Source: Trichosphaerium sp. ATCC 40318 (taxonomy: Eukaryota > Protista > Tubulinea). From it: a DNA stretch of 64,000 bases. The DNA is taken from assembly GCA_038496445.1 (NCBI GenBank), contig JALMLS010000387.1, positions 36,627 through 100,626 on the forward strand. The letters run 5' to 3'. Both the position numbers and the translations under genes were made by a program. Shown piece after piece: positions 12,933 to 25,503 of the stretch (positions are counted from its first letter, which is position 1; every line of letters starts with the position of its first letter). The notes beneath the pieces are model-generated. The model saw only the letters and a program-made list of their open reading frames with translations. It was not told the origin of the DNA and did not search any database.

Positions 12933-14953
12933 ATGCGTGAAATCATAAGTATTCAGGTTGGTAAATGTGGAAATCACATTGGACAGAAATTTTGGGAGAA
13001 TGTAAACGAAGAACACGGAATTAGCGTAAACGGCCGTTGTAAAGGTTCAGACGTACAAAAATCCAACTTAGAGGTGTATTATAACAATAACAACGCAAAT
13101 CGATACGTTCCACGAGCAATTCTCGTAGATTTTGGTTAGCAGCTTCAAAAGTAGCCCTATAGTTATCTCATACGCTCGTTAGGACCTAGCGCGTTAGATG
13201 AGGTCCGATCGAGTGCGATAGGACGTTGTTTCAATCCACAGAATTTTATACATAATGCACATACCAGAACAGGTACAAGCACACTTTTTTAGACTTGTCT
13301 TTGCTTTTTCTTTTTAAGCACGTGATAAGTTTTTTCGTTGCCATTAATTAACCTCAGCTTTCTAGGTGGTGTATGGGCTTCAGGATATTATGTACGTTGT
13401 AGTTGTAGGAGCAGTCAGGAAGTGCAATCAATAGTTGCCTGTTACAAGTTTTAGTAGAGACCATACATGTTACATCGGCGACAATTGTAGCTGCACTTCC
13501 GTGACTACAATGAACTTATACGGTGTTGTAACATTGAAATAGAATGATGGAGGAGAGCTGGTTGATGATGTTATTGAGGCAGTAAGACGAGAAGCAGAAT
13601 CTTGTGAGAGCCTTGAAGGATTTCAATTTTGTCACTCTACCTGTGGTGGTACAGGATCAGGTATGATGTTACATACAACAACAAAAATCAACAAAGCCAT
13701 ACTTTACGTGTACAATTAACTTGACAAAGGGATTGGAACTCTGATTATGAGTAAACTGAAGGAAGAATATTGTGATAAGATGGTTGTTTCCTTCTCCTCG
13801 ATGATAGCGCCTGACATGCATGCATCACAAGTTACTGAGGCATATAATGTGTATGCTTGTTAGGGTGTACAACTTGATTTAACATTATTTGCCTTAGTGT
13901 TCTTTCAATACAGCAACTTGCAGAAAACGCTGATTTAGTTGTTTGTTTTGACAATGATGCTTTATTTAAAGTTTGCTCTAGACACATTAACCCAAAAGAT
14001 ATTAACTTAAAGGATATGAATCACGTCGCAGCTTCTTTAATGAGCAATATCACATGTGGCTTAAGGTTTCCAGGTACACCACATAGTGTAATTATTAATT
14101 TTGTAAATGCGCTTTTGTAGGTTCAATGAAAACTGGGTTAAGAAGGATTGCAACAAACTTGACACCCTTCCGAAAGCTTCAATTTTGTATAGCGAATCAT
14201 GTATCATTTCCACTATCAAAAATAGGTTCTTTAAAAGTAAATGCTCTACCTCAATTAGTACACGAAGCCTTCCAGGCATGTCAAAACATCATGACATTTT
14301 GAGTTGAAATGCTAACACCTGTTAGCCACAAAACTCTACAACTTGTTGTGACCCTATACAAGGGAAGTACTTGGCAGCTTATGCTATTTTCAGAGGGTAT
14401 GGTTGCTCTTTTAATGTCACTATTTAAGATGTTGTGTAGGAAGACAATAAGTGTTTGTGAAGCAGAAAATCATATTTCAAACTTTCATAAAAAGAATAGT
14501 AAGACGTTTGTTGAATGGATTCCAGACAACATTACAACATCTCACTGTAGTATAACTAGCCCTGGTATGCTTCTAGTCGTTTATTTATTCCTATCTCACC
14601 TTCATAAACAAATAGGTGATGCTATGAGCTGTACTTTATTCGGAAACTCAACAGCTATACAAACACTCTTCAAAAAAACAACCAAATACTTTGATGCTCT
14701 TTATAGAAGAAACGCTTTTATACATTGGTACGAAGGTACGTGTTTAACACTTTTCTCTAAACTAAATACCTTGTTTTATTTTGCAATAGATTTTGGCATA
14801 CAAAAAGAAGAATTCAACGAAGCACGAGCAACCTTAAACGACTTAATAAATTACTATCAAATGTATCAAGAAGTAAAGCCACATACCTCACAGGATATAG
14901 ATGATGAAGCGCATGAATATGATGAAGTTTGTTATACCAAAGAATCACAATAA
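12933..14953 (+). CDS. Highly divergent beta-type tubulin, about 11 exons
   Basis: [74 protein letters not shown] and an acidic tail. Exons splice in frame if one GC-AG intron (14276-14325) is used. Confidence 0.9.
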
Positions 14954-15272
14954 ACTCATGCTATTGTACAGCCAAGGCGACTTCATCAATAGTCACCAAT
15001 TTCGTGGAGTTTTGACTTCACATCGTTTGAGTACAAAGCTAAATGGTTTGAAGTCAACTTATGTCGATTCAGTACATGCACGTGCTACAGCTATACAGAA
15101 TTTTATGGCTTTTGTTATTAATATAGCTGTCGTGAAAGTGTAGCTGGAACTAGTACACGTAATAAAATAACTATAAAATACAATCTTTCGAAATTGGACT
15201 ATTTATGTCCATTTATTTAACATCAAAACGTTATCATGTATATTGTTTACATGGCGTTTAATGTACAAAGAA

Positions 15273-16580
15273 CTAATTACATTGAGCACCCAATGCAACA
15301 ACAGCAGCTTTTGTACACTTTGTACCAACAATAAAAACTCTAAAAGCTCCTTCAAGAGCTGATATCCCTTTGTCTGTCACAAGAGAGCACCCCATTAATC
15401 TTATTGTATGAACACCCTCAAGAGCCCTTATTCCTCTATCTGTTATCTTGGTACACTTAACTAAGGATATCTCATGTACACCAGCAAGATGAATAACACC
15501 TTCATCTGTGATTTCACTACAATCATTCAAGTAAATAGTATGCACTCCTGCAAGTGATTTCAATCCGTTATCAGTTACACCTTTACACCAACTCAAATCT
15601 ATTTTGTGTACTCCTGATAAACATCCAAGCCATGAGTCTTGTATGGTTAAACGCTTCAAAGAGATGGTGTGAATACCAGCAGAAAAGGCTGATATTGAAG
15701 CAAGAGTTATTTCTTGACACCCACTCAAGTCGAGTACACTTGCACCAACAAGAGGTGTTATATCTTCATCTTTTACAGTCAAATCGGATAAGATGATAGC
15801 ATTTACACCTGATAGTTGTTTTAAATGTTCAACAGACACAAAGTCGCATTCAGAAATGTCAATTGTGTGAAGACACATTTCACCTGTTCTGTTTTTAGGT
15901 CTAGTCAAGTGTTCAAAACAAGAACCATCAATGCCTAAGCAACTAAACATAAGTATTGTGTGAGCTCCAGCAAGTGCTTTTACACCATTGTCAGTAAAGT
16001 TGCAAGAGCTGATATTTATAGTATGAACACCAGCAAGACATTTTAATCCTTCATCTGTGCAACGATAACAACCCGAAATATTTACCTTGTAAGCACCTGA
16101 AATAGCATCCAATGAATCATCTGTCAAATTACCTATACAGCCTATATCTATGGTATGTACACCTGACAAGAATTGTATACCTTTATCTGTAATACGTTTA
16201 CATATGTATATATCTATTTCAGCAACACCAGCGAGTGCCCGAAGGCACTTATCAGTCACTGCCAAGCACCTTATTGATAATTTTTTAACACCCGCCAATG
16301 AACTTATTTCCTCGTCTGACGCCTTATATTTCGTTACTGACACAAGAGTATTGTCCAACAGCGATTTTTTCTTGATTAAACGCTTTAAGGACTCCGATGA
16401 CCTTATATCTATTAAACCGTAACCAACGTGTCTGTGGATAATGTCATAGAACAGCCAACAAGTCTGAGCGACTGGATAGCGTGTTTTATTCGGAGTGTAC
16501 TCAAAAATGCTAACAATGAGCTCTGTTGCTATTGTTTCAAGGAAGCAAGGATTTGTGCCATTATAGTGTACACTAGCCAT
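15273..16580 (-). CDS. F-box + LRR protein (intronless)
   Basis: F-box-like LETIATELIVSIF and many LAGVHTI.LS.C..ITD.G repeats. Likely ATG at 16580. Confidence 0.85.
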   Translation of the reverse strand: MASVHYNGTNPCFLETIATELIVSIFEYTPNKTRYPVAQTCWLFYDIIHRHVGYGLIDIRSSESLKRLIKKKSLLDNTLVSVTKYKASDEEISSLAGVKKLSIRCLAVTDKCLRALAGVAEIDIYICKRITDKGIQFLSGVHTIDIGCIGNLTDDSLDAISGAYKVNISGCYRCTDEGLKCLAGVHTINISSCNFTDNGVKALAGAHTILMFSCLGIDGSCFEHLTRPKNRTGEMCLHTIDISECDFVSVEHLKQLSGVNAIILSDLTVKDEDITPLVGASVLDLSGCQEITLASISAFSAGIHTISLKRLTIQDSWLGCLSGVHKIDLSWCKGVTDNGLKSLAGVHTIYLNDCSEITDEGVIHLAGVHEISLVKCTKITDRGIRALEGVHTIRLMGCSLVTDKGISALEGAFRVFIVGTKCTKAAVVALGAQCN

Positions 16581-16923
16581 TACCGCAGAGTAATAATCGG
16601 AATAGTGATTTGTAGGTTGCCTTAATGAACTAGTTAAGGACAGGAAACAAGTGCATTTAAACCTAGAGTGGGCGCTCAACTGCAATCTGCTGTCTCATTC
16701 AAATACAATTGGCTACACCCGCGAATCAGATGCCAAAAACTACAATACTGTACAAATGTTACCAATCATTGTACTATGTGCTTAATCAACAAGTTCACGT
16801 GAGTTTTCAAAAATTTGAAAAAAAATACCAAACAGTTTGTTGTTGTTGGTAATTTATTATTTGACTCTAACTAACTACTCCTGGTTTACTATTTTGTTTA
16901 CAAAAAAAATACTGTACGACTTT

Positions 16924-17937
16924 TCAGAACACATAGCAAGTACTTCTCAATGAGTTCACACATTGGACTGTAACAGCAGTATCATCAAGTGATATTACTG
17001 CAACACCTATGAGTGATTTGACACCTTCATCCGTTATGCCTTTACAGCTGGTAAGAAGAATGGTATGAACACCAGAAAGAGCTTTGAGACCTTCATCTGT
17101 AACTGACGTTCCAGAAAGACCAATAGTGTGAACGCCAGCAAGTGCTTTGACACCTTCATCTGTTATTGAAGTATAATGGAGGTAAATAGTATGAACTCCA
17201 GCAAGTGCTTTAACCCCTTCATCTGTAACAGGAGTTCCAATGAGGATAATATCATAAACGCCTTTTAGTGCTACAATACTTTCATGTGTTACTTTAGTGT
17301 ATCTGAGGTTTATAGAGTGAACACCAGCAAGTGTGGATACGTCAGTTACTTGAGTATCAGCGAGGTTTATGCTATAAACTCCAGTAAGATATTTGACACA
17401 TTCATTTGTTACTGATGTGCCAGAAAGATCAATGGTATGAACACCAGATAGAGCTTTGACACCTTCATCTGTTACTAAAGTGCCACAAAGACTGATTGTA
17501 TGAACACCACAGAGAGCTTGTATACCTTCGTCAGTTATGTTCATGCACTTTTCAAGTCTAATCTTTTGAACTCCAGCAAGAGATTTAATACATTCATCTG
17601 TTACGGGAGTATCAATAAGATCAATGGCATGAACACCAAAAAACTGTTTGACAACAGCATCATAATCTTCAAAAGCTGTAAGTTTGACTATGGTATGTCG
17701 TAGAGTGGCCTGATGTTTTAATAGTGCAGTTGCTTGTTCAGTAGTCTTGATGGTAACTCTTTCATATCCAACAACGTCATGAATGATAGAAGCAAGAAGA
17801 AAGCACGTTTGTGCAGCTGCAAACCGTGCTTTTGTGACGTTTCGTAAAATATGCGCTAAAATCTCGACAGGAAGGTCTAAAAGGCTCGTTGGTGAGGAGG
17901 GATGTATTGAAGCTAATTCTACAATTTTTTTTGACAT
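16924..17937 (-). CDS. F-box + LRR protein (intronless)
   Basis: LLDLPVEILAHIL and regular 21-aa LAGVHTI.L.GT.VTDEGVKA repeats. Confidence 0.9.
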   Translation of the reverse strand: MSKKIVELASIHPSSPTSLLDLPVEILAHILRNVTKARFAAAQTCFLLASIIHDVVGYERVTIKTTEQATALLKHQATLRHTIVKLTAFEDYDAVVKQFFGVHAIDLIDTPVTDECIKSLAGVQKIRLEKCMNITDEGIQALCGVHTISLCGTLVTDEGVKALSGVHTIDLSGTSVTNECVKYLTGVYSINLADTQVTDVSTLAGVHSINLRYTKVTHESIVALKGVYDIILIGTPVTDEGVKALAGVHTIYLHYTSITDEGVKALAGVHTIGLSGTSVTDEGLKALSGVHTILLTSCKGITDEGVKSLIGVAVISLDDTAVTVQCVNSLRSTCYVF

Positions 17938-18497
17938 TGCGTTGTAAGCCCAATGAGCGCCACGAGATGCTATTAAGGTAGAAGCGTTAAGGAGGTATGA
18001 TGTTTTGAAAATGCAGCCTGTACTTAACGTATTGAAACATCCAGACAATGTCGTAATGTAGGATTGAAATACTGCTACTTATTGTATTGCAGCGCTGAGA
18101 CTTCTTTTTAAAAGGCCACTCCGATTTGTAGCACGTGACTTGGTCAAATCCGTAGAAATATTCTGTTATTAGTAAGCACATTTATATATTATATAAATCA
18201 ACCTAAGAAGGTACGAGGATATCACATACTCCATGGCATACACAATGAAAAAATGGATTAATGTTACTAACACTACTATCATGGCTTTGAGTGGATAAAG
18301 AATTTGACCTTGATGAAAAGATTTAATGGGACAAAATAATAAAGCTAGCTATCTGAAAAAGGATTGTTTAAAACAATCTTGGCCAAAAGTCTATGCAAGT
18401 CCTACTAGTTTTGCATCCTAGGTGTTTAACCATTCTTTGTGTTATTTGTGTACCAGGACAATAAATATAAGTAAGGCATGTTAAATTAATGACACCG

Positions 18498-19712
18498 TTA
18501 TCTGTGATTTGGTTGCAGTCTTTTTAGATCAATTTTTCTAACACCAATAAGACTGTTAACTCCTTTGTCAGATATCAATTTACAACCACAAAGGCTTATG
18601 CATTTAACACCAACCAAGTATTGTAAACCTTTATCTGTCACAAGTGTATCATCAAGAAATATTGTATGCACCCCAGCAAGTGCTTTTAAAGTACTATCGT
18701 CAACACAATCTATATCTGAAATATCAATTACTTTTACTCCTGCCAATTGTTTTATCACATCATTTGTAACTGACTTACAACCAGCAAAGTCAATATGATG
18801 TACACCTGCAAAACATGACAGAGTATCACTTTGTAGTTGTATACAATTGTAAAGCTCTATCCAAGGTATACCAGCCAAAAGGTTAAACGTGTTGTTTGAT
18901 ATTTGAGTGCAGTGGCTGAGACTAATTTTTTTGATGTTCTTTGTGATTTGATTTTGTGTTAACAAATACTTTACTCCTTCATCAGTAATGCCTGTACAGC
19001 TATCAAATGATATTTCACATGCTGTTGTTGTTAACGCTTTTATACCATCATCTGTAATATCACATCCACCAACATGAATCTTGTAAACGCCATCTGAAAT
19101 GGCAATAACACCTTTGTCTCTTATATTGTTACAGCAATGTAAATTAATAGAGTGTACTCCAGAGAGTGCTGCAAGTCCACTGTCCGTTATACCAGTCCCT
19201 GAAAGGTTGATTGTATGAATACCAGCTAGTTGTTGAAGCCACTCATCAGAACAATATGCCCATGATAAGTCTAGTGTGTGAATGCCATGAAGTGATTTAA
19301 TTCCCAAACTTGTCACCTTTCTACTATATTCCAGTATAGATAGTTTCAAATGATGTACACCTGAAATATGGCCTAACATAACATCTGTTACTGGCATTCG
19401 AGAACCTATTTCAAGGTGATAGACACCAGAGATACTTTTAAAGTCATCAGCAATTGTATTAATACCATCTATAACTATTTTTGTATTTTTTAAAAGAGGG
19501 CTTTTGTTCAGTTTGAGCAGATCCTCTCTTGACTTCACGTTCACCGTGAAAAACCCTAAATGTTCCAAAATGATTGTAGAAAACAGTTTACATACAAATG
19601 TCGCAGATATACGGCATTTCTTGCCCAATAGCACCAGAATACAAAATATAAGTTCTGTAGGCAGCCAAAGCAATTCAAATGGCCTGTGAATGTGTCTTAG
19701 ACGATATTTCAT
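18498..19712 (-). CDS. F-box + LRR protein (intronless)
   Basis: LLWLPTELIFCIL and GVHTI-type LRRs in a 404-aa ORF. Confidence 0.85.
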   Translation of the reverse strand: MKYRLRHIHRPFELLWLPTELIFCILVLLGKKCRISATFVCKLFSTIILEHLGFFTVNVKSREDLLKLNKSPLLKNTKIVIDGINTIADDFKSISGVYHLEIGSRMPVTDVMLGHISGVHHLKLSILEYSRKVTSLGIKSLHGIHTLDLSWAYCSDEWLQQLAGIHTINLSGTGITDSGLAALSGVHSINLHCCNNIRDKGVIAISDGVYKIHVGGCDITDDGIKALTTTACEISFDSCTGITDEGVKYLLTQNQITKNIKKISLSHCTQISNNTFNLLAGIPWIELYNCIQLQSDTLSCFAGVHHIDFAGCKSVTNDVIKQLAGVKVIDISDIDCVDDSTLKALAGVHTIFLDDTLVTDKGLQYLVGVKCISLCGCKLISDKGVNSLIGVRKIDLKRLQPNHR

Positions 19713-19950
19713 TTTTAGGGTAACAAGTGAGATTCTGTCCTATTATTGTTCAAAAACGTACGTAGCAAGATCTGCAGAAGTACGAAGCATGTTCACTACG
19801 GGTTCAGTTAGTATTTTTTGTCAATTAAAAAGTAGACTTATTCCCAAAAAATTATCACGTGGCTACCTCTGATTGCGCTAAGTCAGTATACAAAACTATG
19901 AACTCAATTTCCACGTGACTAACGATTGCGTCAAACTACTGTTGGTTGTT

Positions 19951-20697
19951 ATGTCTGAAGTGGACGTATTCGGTTATGTACCGCCAGAGATACTCCAAGA
20001 AATATTAAAAGAAGTGGCGTTAACAAGCTTGGAAACCCTTAGCGATTGTTTGGTTGTATCTCATGCTTTTCGGTCTATAATTCTCTCAAAACGCATTATA
20101 GTACAAGCACTAACACATTACATACAGTTATGGGAAATTGAGGAGGAACCAGATATTACAAATCGTTATGGACAACTCGAAGACAACTTTCAACATAATT
20201 TGATACGTACATCATCTCAATAGCATAAGAAGTTCACAGTTTTGATGCCCTCTGAAACATGGCTTCTTCTAGACCCCAAAACATGCTCTAATGACATTAA
20301 TGATTGCCAACAGAGGCTTTTCACATTGTTGTCGTTGAAGGAGTACTTGTTATTTGAACATACAATACATTTTAATGGATTCTTTGAAGTTACTGGCTTT
20401 TTACATACCCACAACCATAAAAAAGTAGGAAAAAACAAAGATGAGTGTCCTCCATCCGGAGAGGACTTTTTGAAGCTTATTGGTATGAAAGAAGTAGAAA
20501 AACATTCAACCCCACCAATCGCAGATGTAAAGAACTTAGATTCATTTGGATTTGGATGTAACTTTAATGATATCAGTATAAAGGATACTCACTACGTTGC
20601 TACTGTTATTAACTATAATACTATTATCTTGGTTTTTGTTGGTTATAACAGGTTTGGTTATTTAGCAGGTGCTGCAGTCTTCAGATATGATCTTTAA
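19951..20697 (+). pseudogene. F-box protein with a premature stop; paralog of 52587-53315
   Basis: Near-identical protein to 52587-53315, but TAG at 20221-20223 replaces the AAG (Lys) of the paralog. Confidence 0.8.
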
Positions 20698-21861
20698 GTT
20701 ATCAACTCCAAAAATAAAACGTTTACATTTTGGAGTACACCAAAAAATACATTTGCATAATTACACTATCCTTAATGGCGATAACAATGAAGGATACAAT
20801 TAATCTACAGCAAGCAGGTATTTTTGCAAAACGTTATAATAAAACTCCTTTATTGAGAATGAACTACAATAGGCCCAGAAAAGTTCCAATTGACCGCTTG
20901 TGCTTTTGTCTTTTTTGCATCTTGCAATATCTTCTATATAATAAAGTGATATAATGCGGTTAATACGTTGAGCCATGATTTTAGCTTTGGGTCTAATAAC
21001 CTTGAAAGTACTAGTTATCTTCTCTCTTGTTCCCTCCACGACCCATTCCTATACCTCGCAGAATGACTTTGTATGTGTTACTCCCGACCATACTCATTAA
21101 TACATTTTTCTATAACTTCTCCCAATAACTCTCTCTACGTGTGTGTTTAACCATTCCTCATCTTCCATTAGCGAATCTATATTCCACCTGCTTGGAGTTT
21201 ACAGTACATGGCTTGTGCCGAAAAGCGTTCTAAAAATAATGTTTTTTTCTGAAATCAGATTAATGGGTAAAAATTAATCTTACGCATTTCCCTTCAATAT
21301 CTGGGTACTTACAAACTTATCCAAAACTGTGTGTACTTAACATCAATGACTAAGTTGACCTATAATTAGCACTAAATAAACACAAATCCGGCACCATTAC
21401 AAGGTACACATAATATGAAGATTTGTTTAATCCTTACCGTGTGTTTAGATATTCTAGCGCTGTCAAATGAGTTCAAAACCAATTACCGGCTCCCTCAAAA
21501 GCAATAAAGAGAGCACCAATGAGTACGTTAACCTTGTTAGTGTGATCTAAACGTTAAATACGCTGAGATTACCAAATTTACAGCAAAATGCGTGAATCAA
21601 GTTTATTTCGGTTTTTGAGCACGTGTAAAACCGCAAACACGTTTTTTTTCGAAAAATTACGGAGTTGACCAGTAGAGTGATAAAAAATGTCAGAGTACAA
21701 TCGCAGTGTTGAGCTCTTTTTGTTCATCACTGTGAGCATGTAGCTCCTTTTAATAAGTAAAATATGGATTCAAATTCTCACCACTTTATTTAAGTCGTTC
21801 AGAGACAGAAAAAGTCATAGCTTCTGGTTCAAACCAAGAGTGTTGCGATGAGCAAGCCAGC

Positions 21862-22737
21862 ATGCCAACAGAGAGCACAAAATCCAGTACTGATAAAAAT
21901 CAAGTGTCCAAAACCTGCAACGTTCCCAGCAGAATCACAATTTTATCGAGTGAAGATTGTGTGAATTATTCAGGAAGTCCTCTTCTTCGCCAGTCAGAAA
22001 TCTCATTGGAAGAATTTCCAGATGCAACAGATGAAGATCTCGCTCTTCTCTCTGGTGTTAAACGCTTGACACTGTGCAAAAATAACAAAATAACGAGTAC
22101 AGGACTCAGTGCAGTGTGTGGAGTAGAATATCTTAATTTGTGGTATTGTCCAAATGTTACTGATTCAGGCATATTCGCAATAGTAAAGCACCTCAAATTA
22201 ATTAGCATGGTGGGTACAAGCGTTACAGACAAGGGCGTGAAAGCGTTTAAGGGAATAGCAACAGTTGGTCTACCACACTCCAAGTTAAGCGGAGATACTT
22301 TCTCAGCCTTGTCTGGTGTTTCTTATCTTGATCTATATTCTGCTCACCTCAATAACAATGGCGGAATCTCAGCACTGACTGGAATACATACCGTTGATTT
22401 AACCAGAGCAACATTTACAGATGAATGTGTCGCAGCGCTAGCTGGAGTACATACCATTAACTTACAAGATACGATGGTTACAGACAAAGGTGTAGCGGCT
22501 TTAAAGGGCGTACACACTATCAGTCTCAAATTTTGTAAACGTATCAATGGATCTTGTATGAAAAGTCTTGCGAATGCTCACACTATTAACATTTCACGAA
22601 CAAATGCAAGAGATGATTGGATCCTTCCACTTACCGGTGTACACTTGTTAATAATGAACTATTGTCTAGACGTGTCTTTTGAAGCTATGCAAACAGTTAG
22701 AAACTATGGAGGAGAAATAGAATGTTGCTATGGATAG
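21862..22737 (+). CDS. LRR protein of the same GVHTI family, no clear F-box
   Basis: 291-aa ORF with LAGVHTINLQDTMVTDKGVAAL repeats. Confidence 0.85.
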   Translation: MPTESTKSSTDKNQVSKTCNVPSRITILSSEDCVNYSGSPLLRQSEISLEEFPDATDEDLALLSGVKRLTLCKNNKITSTGLSAVCGVEYLNLWYCPNVTDSGIFAIVKHLKLISMVGTSVTDKGVKAFKGIATVGLPHSKLSGDTFSALSGVSYLDLYSAHLNNNGGISALTGIHTVDLTRATFTDECVAALAGVHTINLQDTMVTDKGVAALKGVHTISLKFCKRINGSCMKSLANAHTINISRTNARDDWILPLTGVHLLIMNYCLDVSFEAMQTVRNYGGEIECCYG

Positions 22738-23368
22738 GCTGAGTTGTAACATCTCCACTTTTAGAAAAAAATTTGCATATAGTAATTACAGTCCAAGTCT
22801 AACCTACCAACTATTTCGACAAGAAACTAATAAACAATCACTTTCAAATAGTAACCTTTAGTATGTTTGAGATAAACAAAAGGAGGCTCTTTTTTTTTTG
22901 TTAAAGGTGTATTGTACAAGTGAATACATAACCATTCACTTCCTGTGGGTGAGAGATAAACAAGTGAACACGTGTTTGGCCTTAATCGGTACAAACCAAA
23001 GAGACCAACCAATCCAGACGTGCTAACCCCTTTGTAAGAAAGATGATGGGTAATAGGTTTGTCATCGCGTCCTTGCTTTTTAGGCCTAGCTTGCTGCAAT
23101 AGCTTTGTTGAGCCTTTACTCCATTTTTTTTTCATGAATTTTAGTGCAAATCCAATGTTTTTGTTTATTGTCTAGCTTACGTTTTTTAGTTGCTGCACGT
23201 GTTGAAGTTGCGTTCTTCTGCTTTCGCGCAATTTTTCTTTTGTTTTTGCTCGTAGGAGGCCTCTCATGTGAGATAGTTTTTGAGTCGTTTTGATGAAGTT
23301 TTACTCGTCCTAATTTTTTTTTACTAGCCCGAACGAACTTAAATAAGTAAGCCCAACAACAAAGCAAA

Positions 23369-24248
23369 ATGTCAGTCAAACGTCCTACCTCAGGCGTAGC
23401 TATTTCATCACAATCCTTGTTGTCAATACCTGTTGAGGTTCTTTTGATTATTATCGTGAGAAATGGCATTTCATGGCAAGATTTGGCTTCGTTACAACAA
23501 TCAAACCATTTTCTGGACGATATGATACGAAACAACTCAGATTATATTTATCGAGGCTTGTACCATCGTAAATGGGGTAAGGGCGCTGAAGAAATAGAGT
23601 CTGCTATCCACGTGATTATTCAGAAAAATTTAATGAAGTAAACCCATAGCACCACCTACTGCATACAAATTAGAACCAATCACGTGGAAAGAAAAGTACA
23701 AAAACAAACTTGTTCCAAACATCATTGCTGAATTGACTTGTGATAAAACACGTGTACATAACGGTGATACTATATTATTCACACTCAAACTAGAAAATGT
23801 TGGTAACAAATCAGAGACCATACAATCCAGAGGTATTGAAGGAGGTCATGGTTTATATGTATGGAATCCTAGAGTATCAGTTTCTTCTTCATATTTAGGT
23901 AATTATAGAACCATTAACTTTAGTGTTCCAAGCCTACATTACTTAGATATTATACTCAATCCAGGAGATGTACAAACATACACAGAACCTTTTCGTTTTG
24001 GTATATCACATCCATGCACAAACATTTTCTTCTCTAAGTCACAAGATGATAAACCTTCGGAAATGTTATCTCTTCATAGTAAAAGCTTAGAAGTACGTGT
24101 TGCTGATTCTTCAACACCACATGTATTTCAGCTTCAAGCGTTTTTTAAACTTAACATTGTAAAGAAAAAACGTGAGGAGATGTCAGGCCATTGTTCTTAT
24201 CTTAGTAGTAGTATTGTAAATCTTACCATGTACAAGCAAAAACAATAA
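23369..24248 (+). CDS. F-box protein with Ig-like C-terminal region (2 exons)
   Basis: LLSIPVEVLLII..WQDLASLQQSN. An intron at ~23577-23649 gives HRKW-APP..TWKEKY; later GDTILFTLKLENVG. Confidence 0.7.
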
Positions 24249-24291
24249 ACTAGATGCCCAACCAACTTGAAAATGTTTTTTGATGACTGAT

Positions 24292-25078
24292 TTATTTGTA
24301 AAAAGCATGTTTGCGTATTTGTCCATCACATGCCCACTCCCTGTACCATCCGTCCAACATGCCATTTTTAGAATAAAAGCAATGTTTGTGTAGTACGTTA
24401 TTATAGTGCCACTCCATGTACTCACCTGTCAAGCAACCTTTGTTGTAAAAGCAGTGAAGTACTAAATCACTGTCACGCCACTTTTTGTATTCTCCGTTTA
24501 ATTCACCTTGTGAATAAAAGCAACGTTGGAGCAATGTATCTGTACCGCCCATCCACTCCTTATACTCACCATCTTTTTTGCCGTTTGAGTATATGCATTG
24601 TTCAAGTGGTAAACCAGATTCATGCCATTTATTGTACTCTCCAACCAATCGGCCTTTAACATAAAAACAAATCAAAAACAGTTTGCCGTTGTCATACCAT
24701 TCTTTGTACTCTTTGCTTAACTTGTCTCTGGCATACGAACAATGTACTTTCAATTGTCCGTTTCTTAACCAGTGCTTGTGAACGCCATGACGTTTGCCAT
24801 GTTTCCAAGAACATTTACGGAGAAGCTTCCGCGTGTTGTTTTGACAATGAAGTTGTTTCATCACACACCATGCTTTCTGAGCTTAGAATCAAACCTTGTC
24901 GTCATCGCCATGTGTTTTGATAACAATGGCCATTTATAAAAAATGTCAGCGGCTAAATCAGTAATACAAAGGTGTAGCTCCACTGGGAGGTTGTGCAGGT
25001 GACTAAAATCAATGCTGTCCTTATGTATCTACTATCACGTTATAAAAATAAAAGATACACGTGTACTACCTTTTCCAT
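24292..25078 (-). pseudogene. F-box + MORN-variant (YwqK-like) repeat protein with a 1-nt frameshift; paralog of 53991-54626
   Basis: LHNLPVELHLCITDL..KWPLLSK..TTRFDSKLRKHGV, frameshift at ~24865, then GEYKEW..NG repeats. Confidence 0.7.
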
Positions 25079-25431
25079 TGTTGCGAAAGTGGTATAGTTT
25101 AATGATTTTATTCGTTCTCATTTCAATGATTTGTAACGCGCAATAAGCTTGGCTAAGTTTGTCGTCACTAACCAAAGGAGTATCTATTTACGATACTTTC
25201 CGTTAAAACATACGCCTGAAAGGTTGTTCACAAATATCGCTCTAAAACTCAGGCGCTTTTACAGTTCATTGAGACTAAATTTCGGAAAGCATTTTTTACC
25301 GTAACTTTATTCACTTATTCAATGCTCTAATTTTACATACTCTCAGCCGGTAAACTTTTATTGCGAAAGGAATAAAAAATCGTTTCGCTACTGCATTTGT
25401 AGCCTATCAAAAAAATAAGCAAAAGGATATT

Positions 25432-25503
25432 AGGCTCCACCCGGAGTCGAACCGGGGTCACATGTACCAAAAACACGTATGATAACCGTTACACCATGGA
25501 GCC
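25432..25503 (-). tRNA. tRNA-Gln(UUG)
   Basis: GGCTCCA/TGGAGCC acceptor stem, anticodon arm CGTGT-TTTTGGT-ACATG, T-arm CCCGG-TTCGACT-CCGGG, downstream T-runs. Confidence 0.93.

Noticed and set aside
20221-20223. Stop-codon reassignment (TAG read as an amino acid)
   Set aside because: The paralog has AAG here, long ORFs lack in-frame stops, all three stop codons end genes, and the tRNA anticodon is an ordinary UUG.
15273-25078. Endogenous giant virus segment
   Set aside because: No capsid, polymerase, packaging ATPase or other core viral gene is visible. Family members are interspersed with spliced host genes and some have introns.
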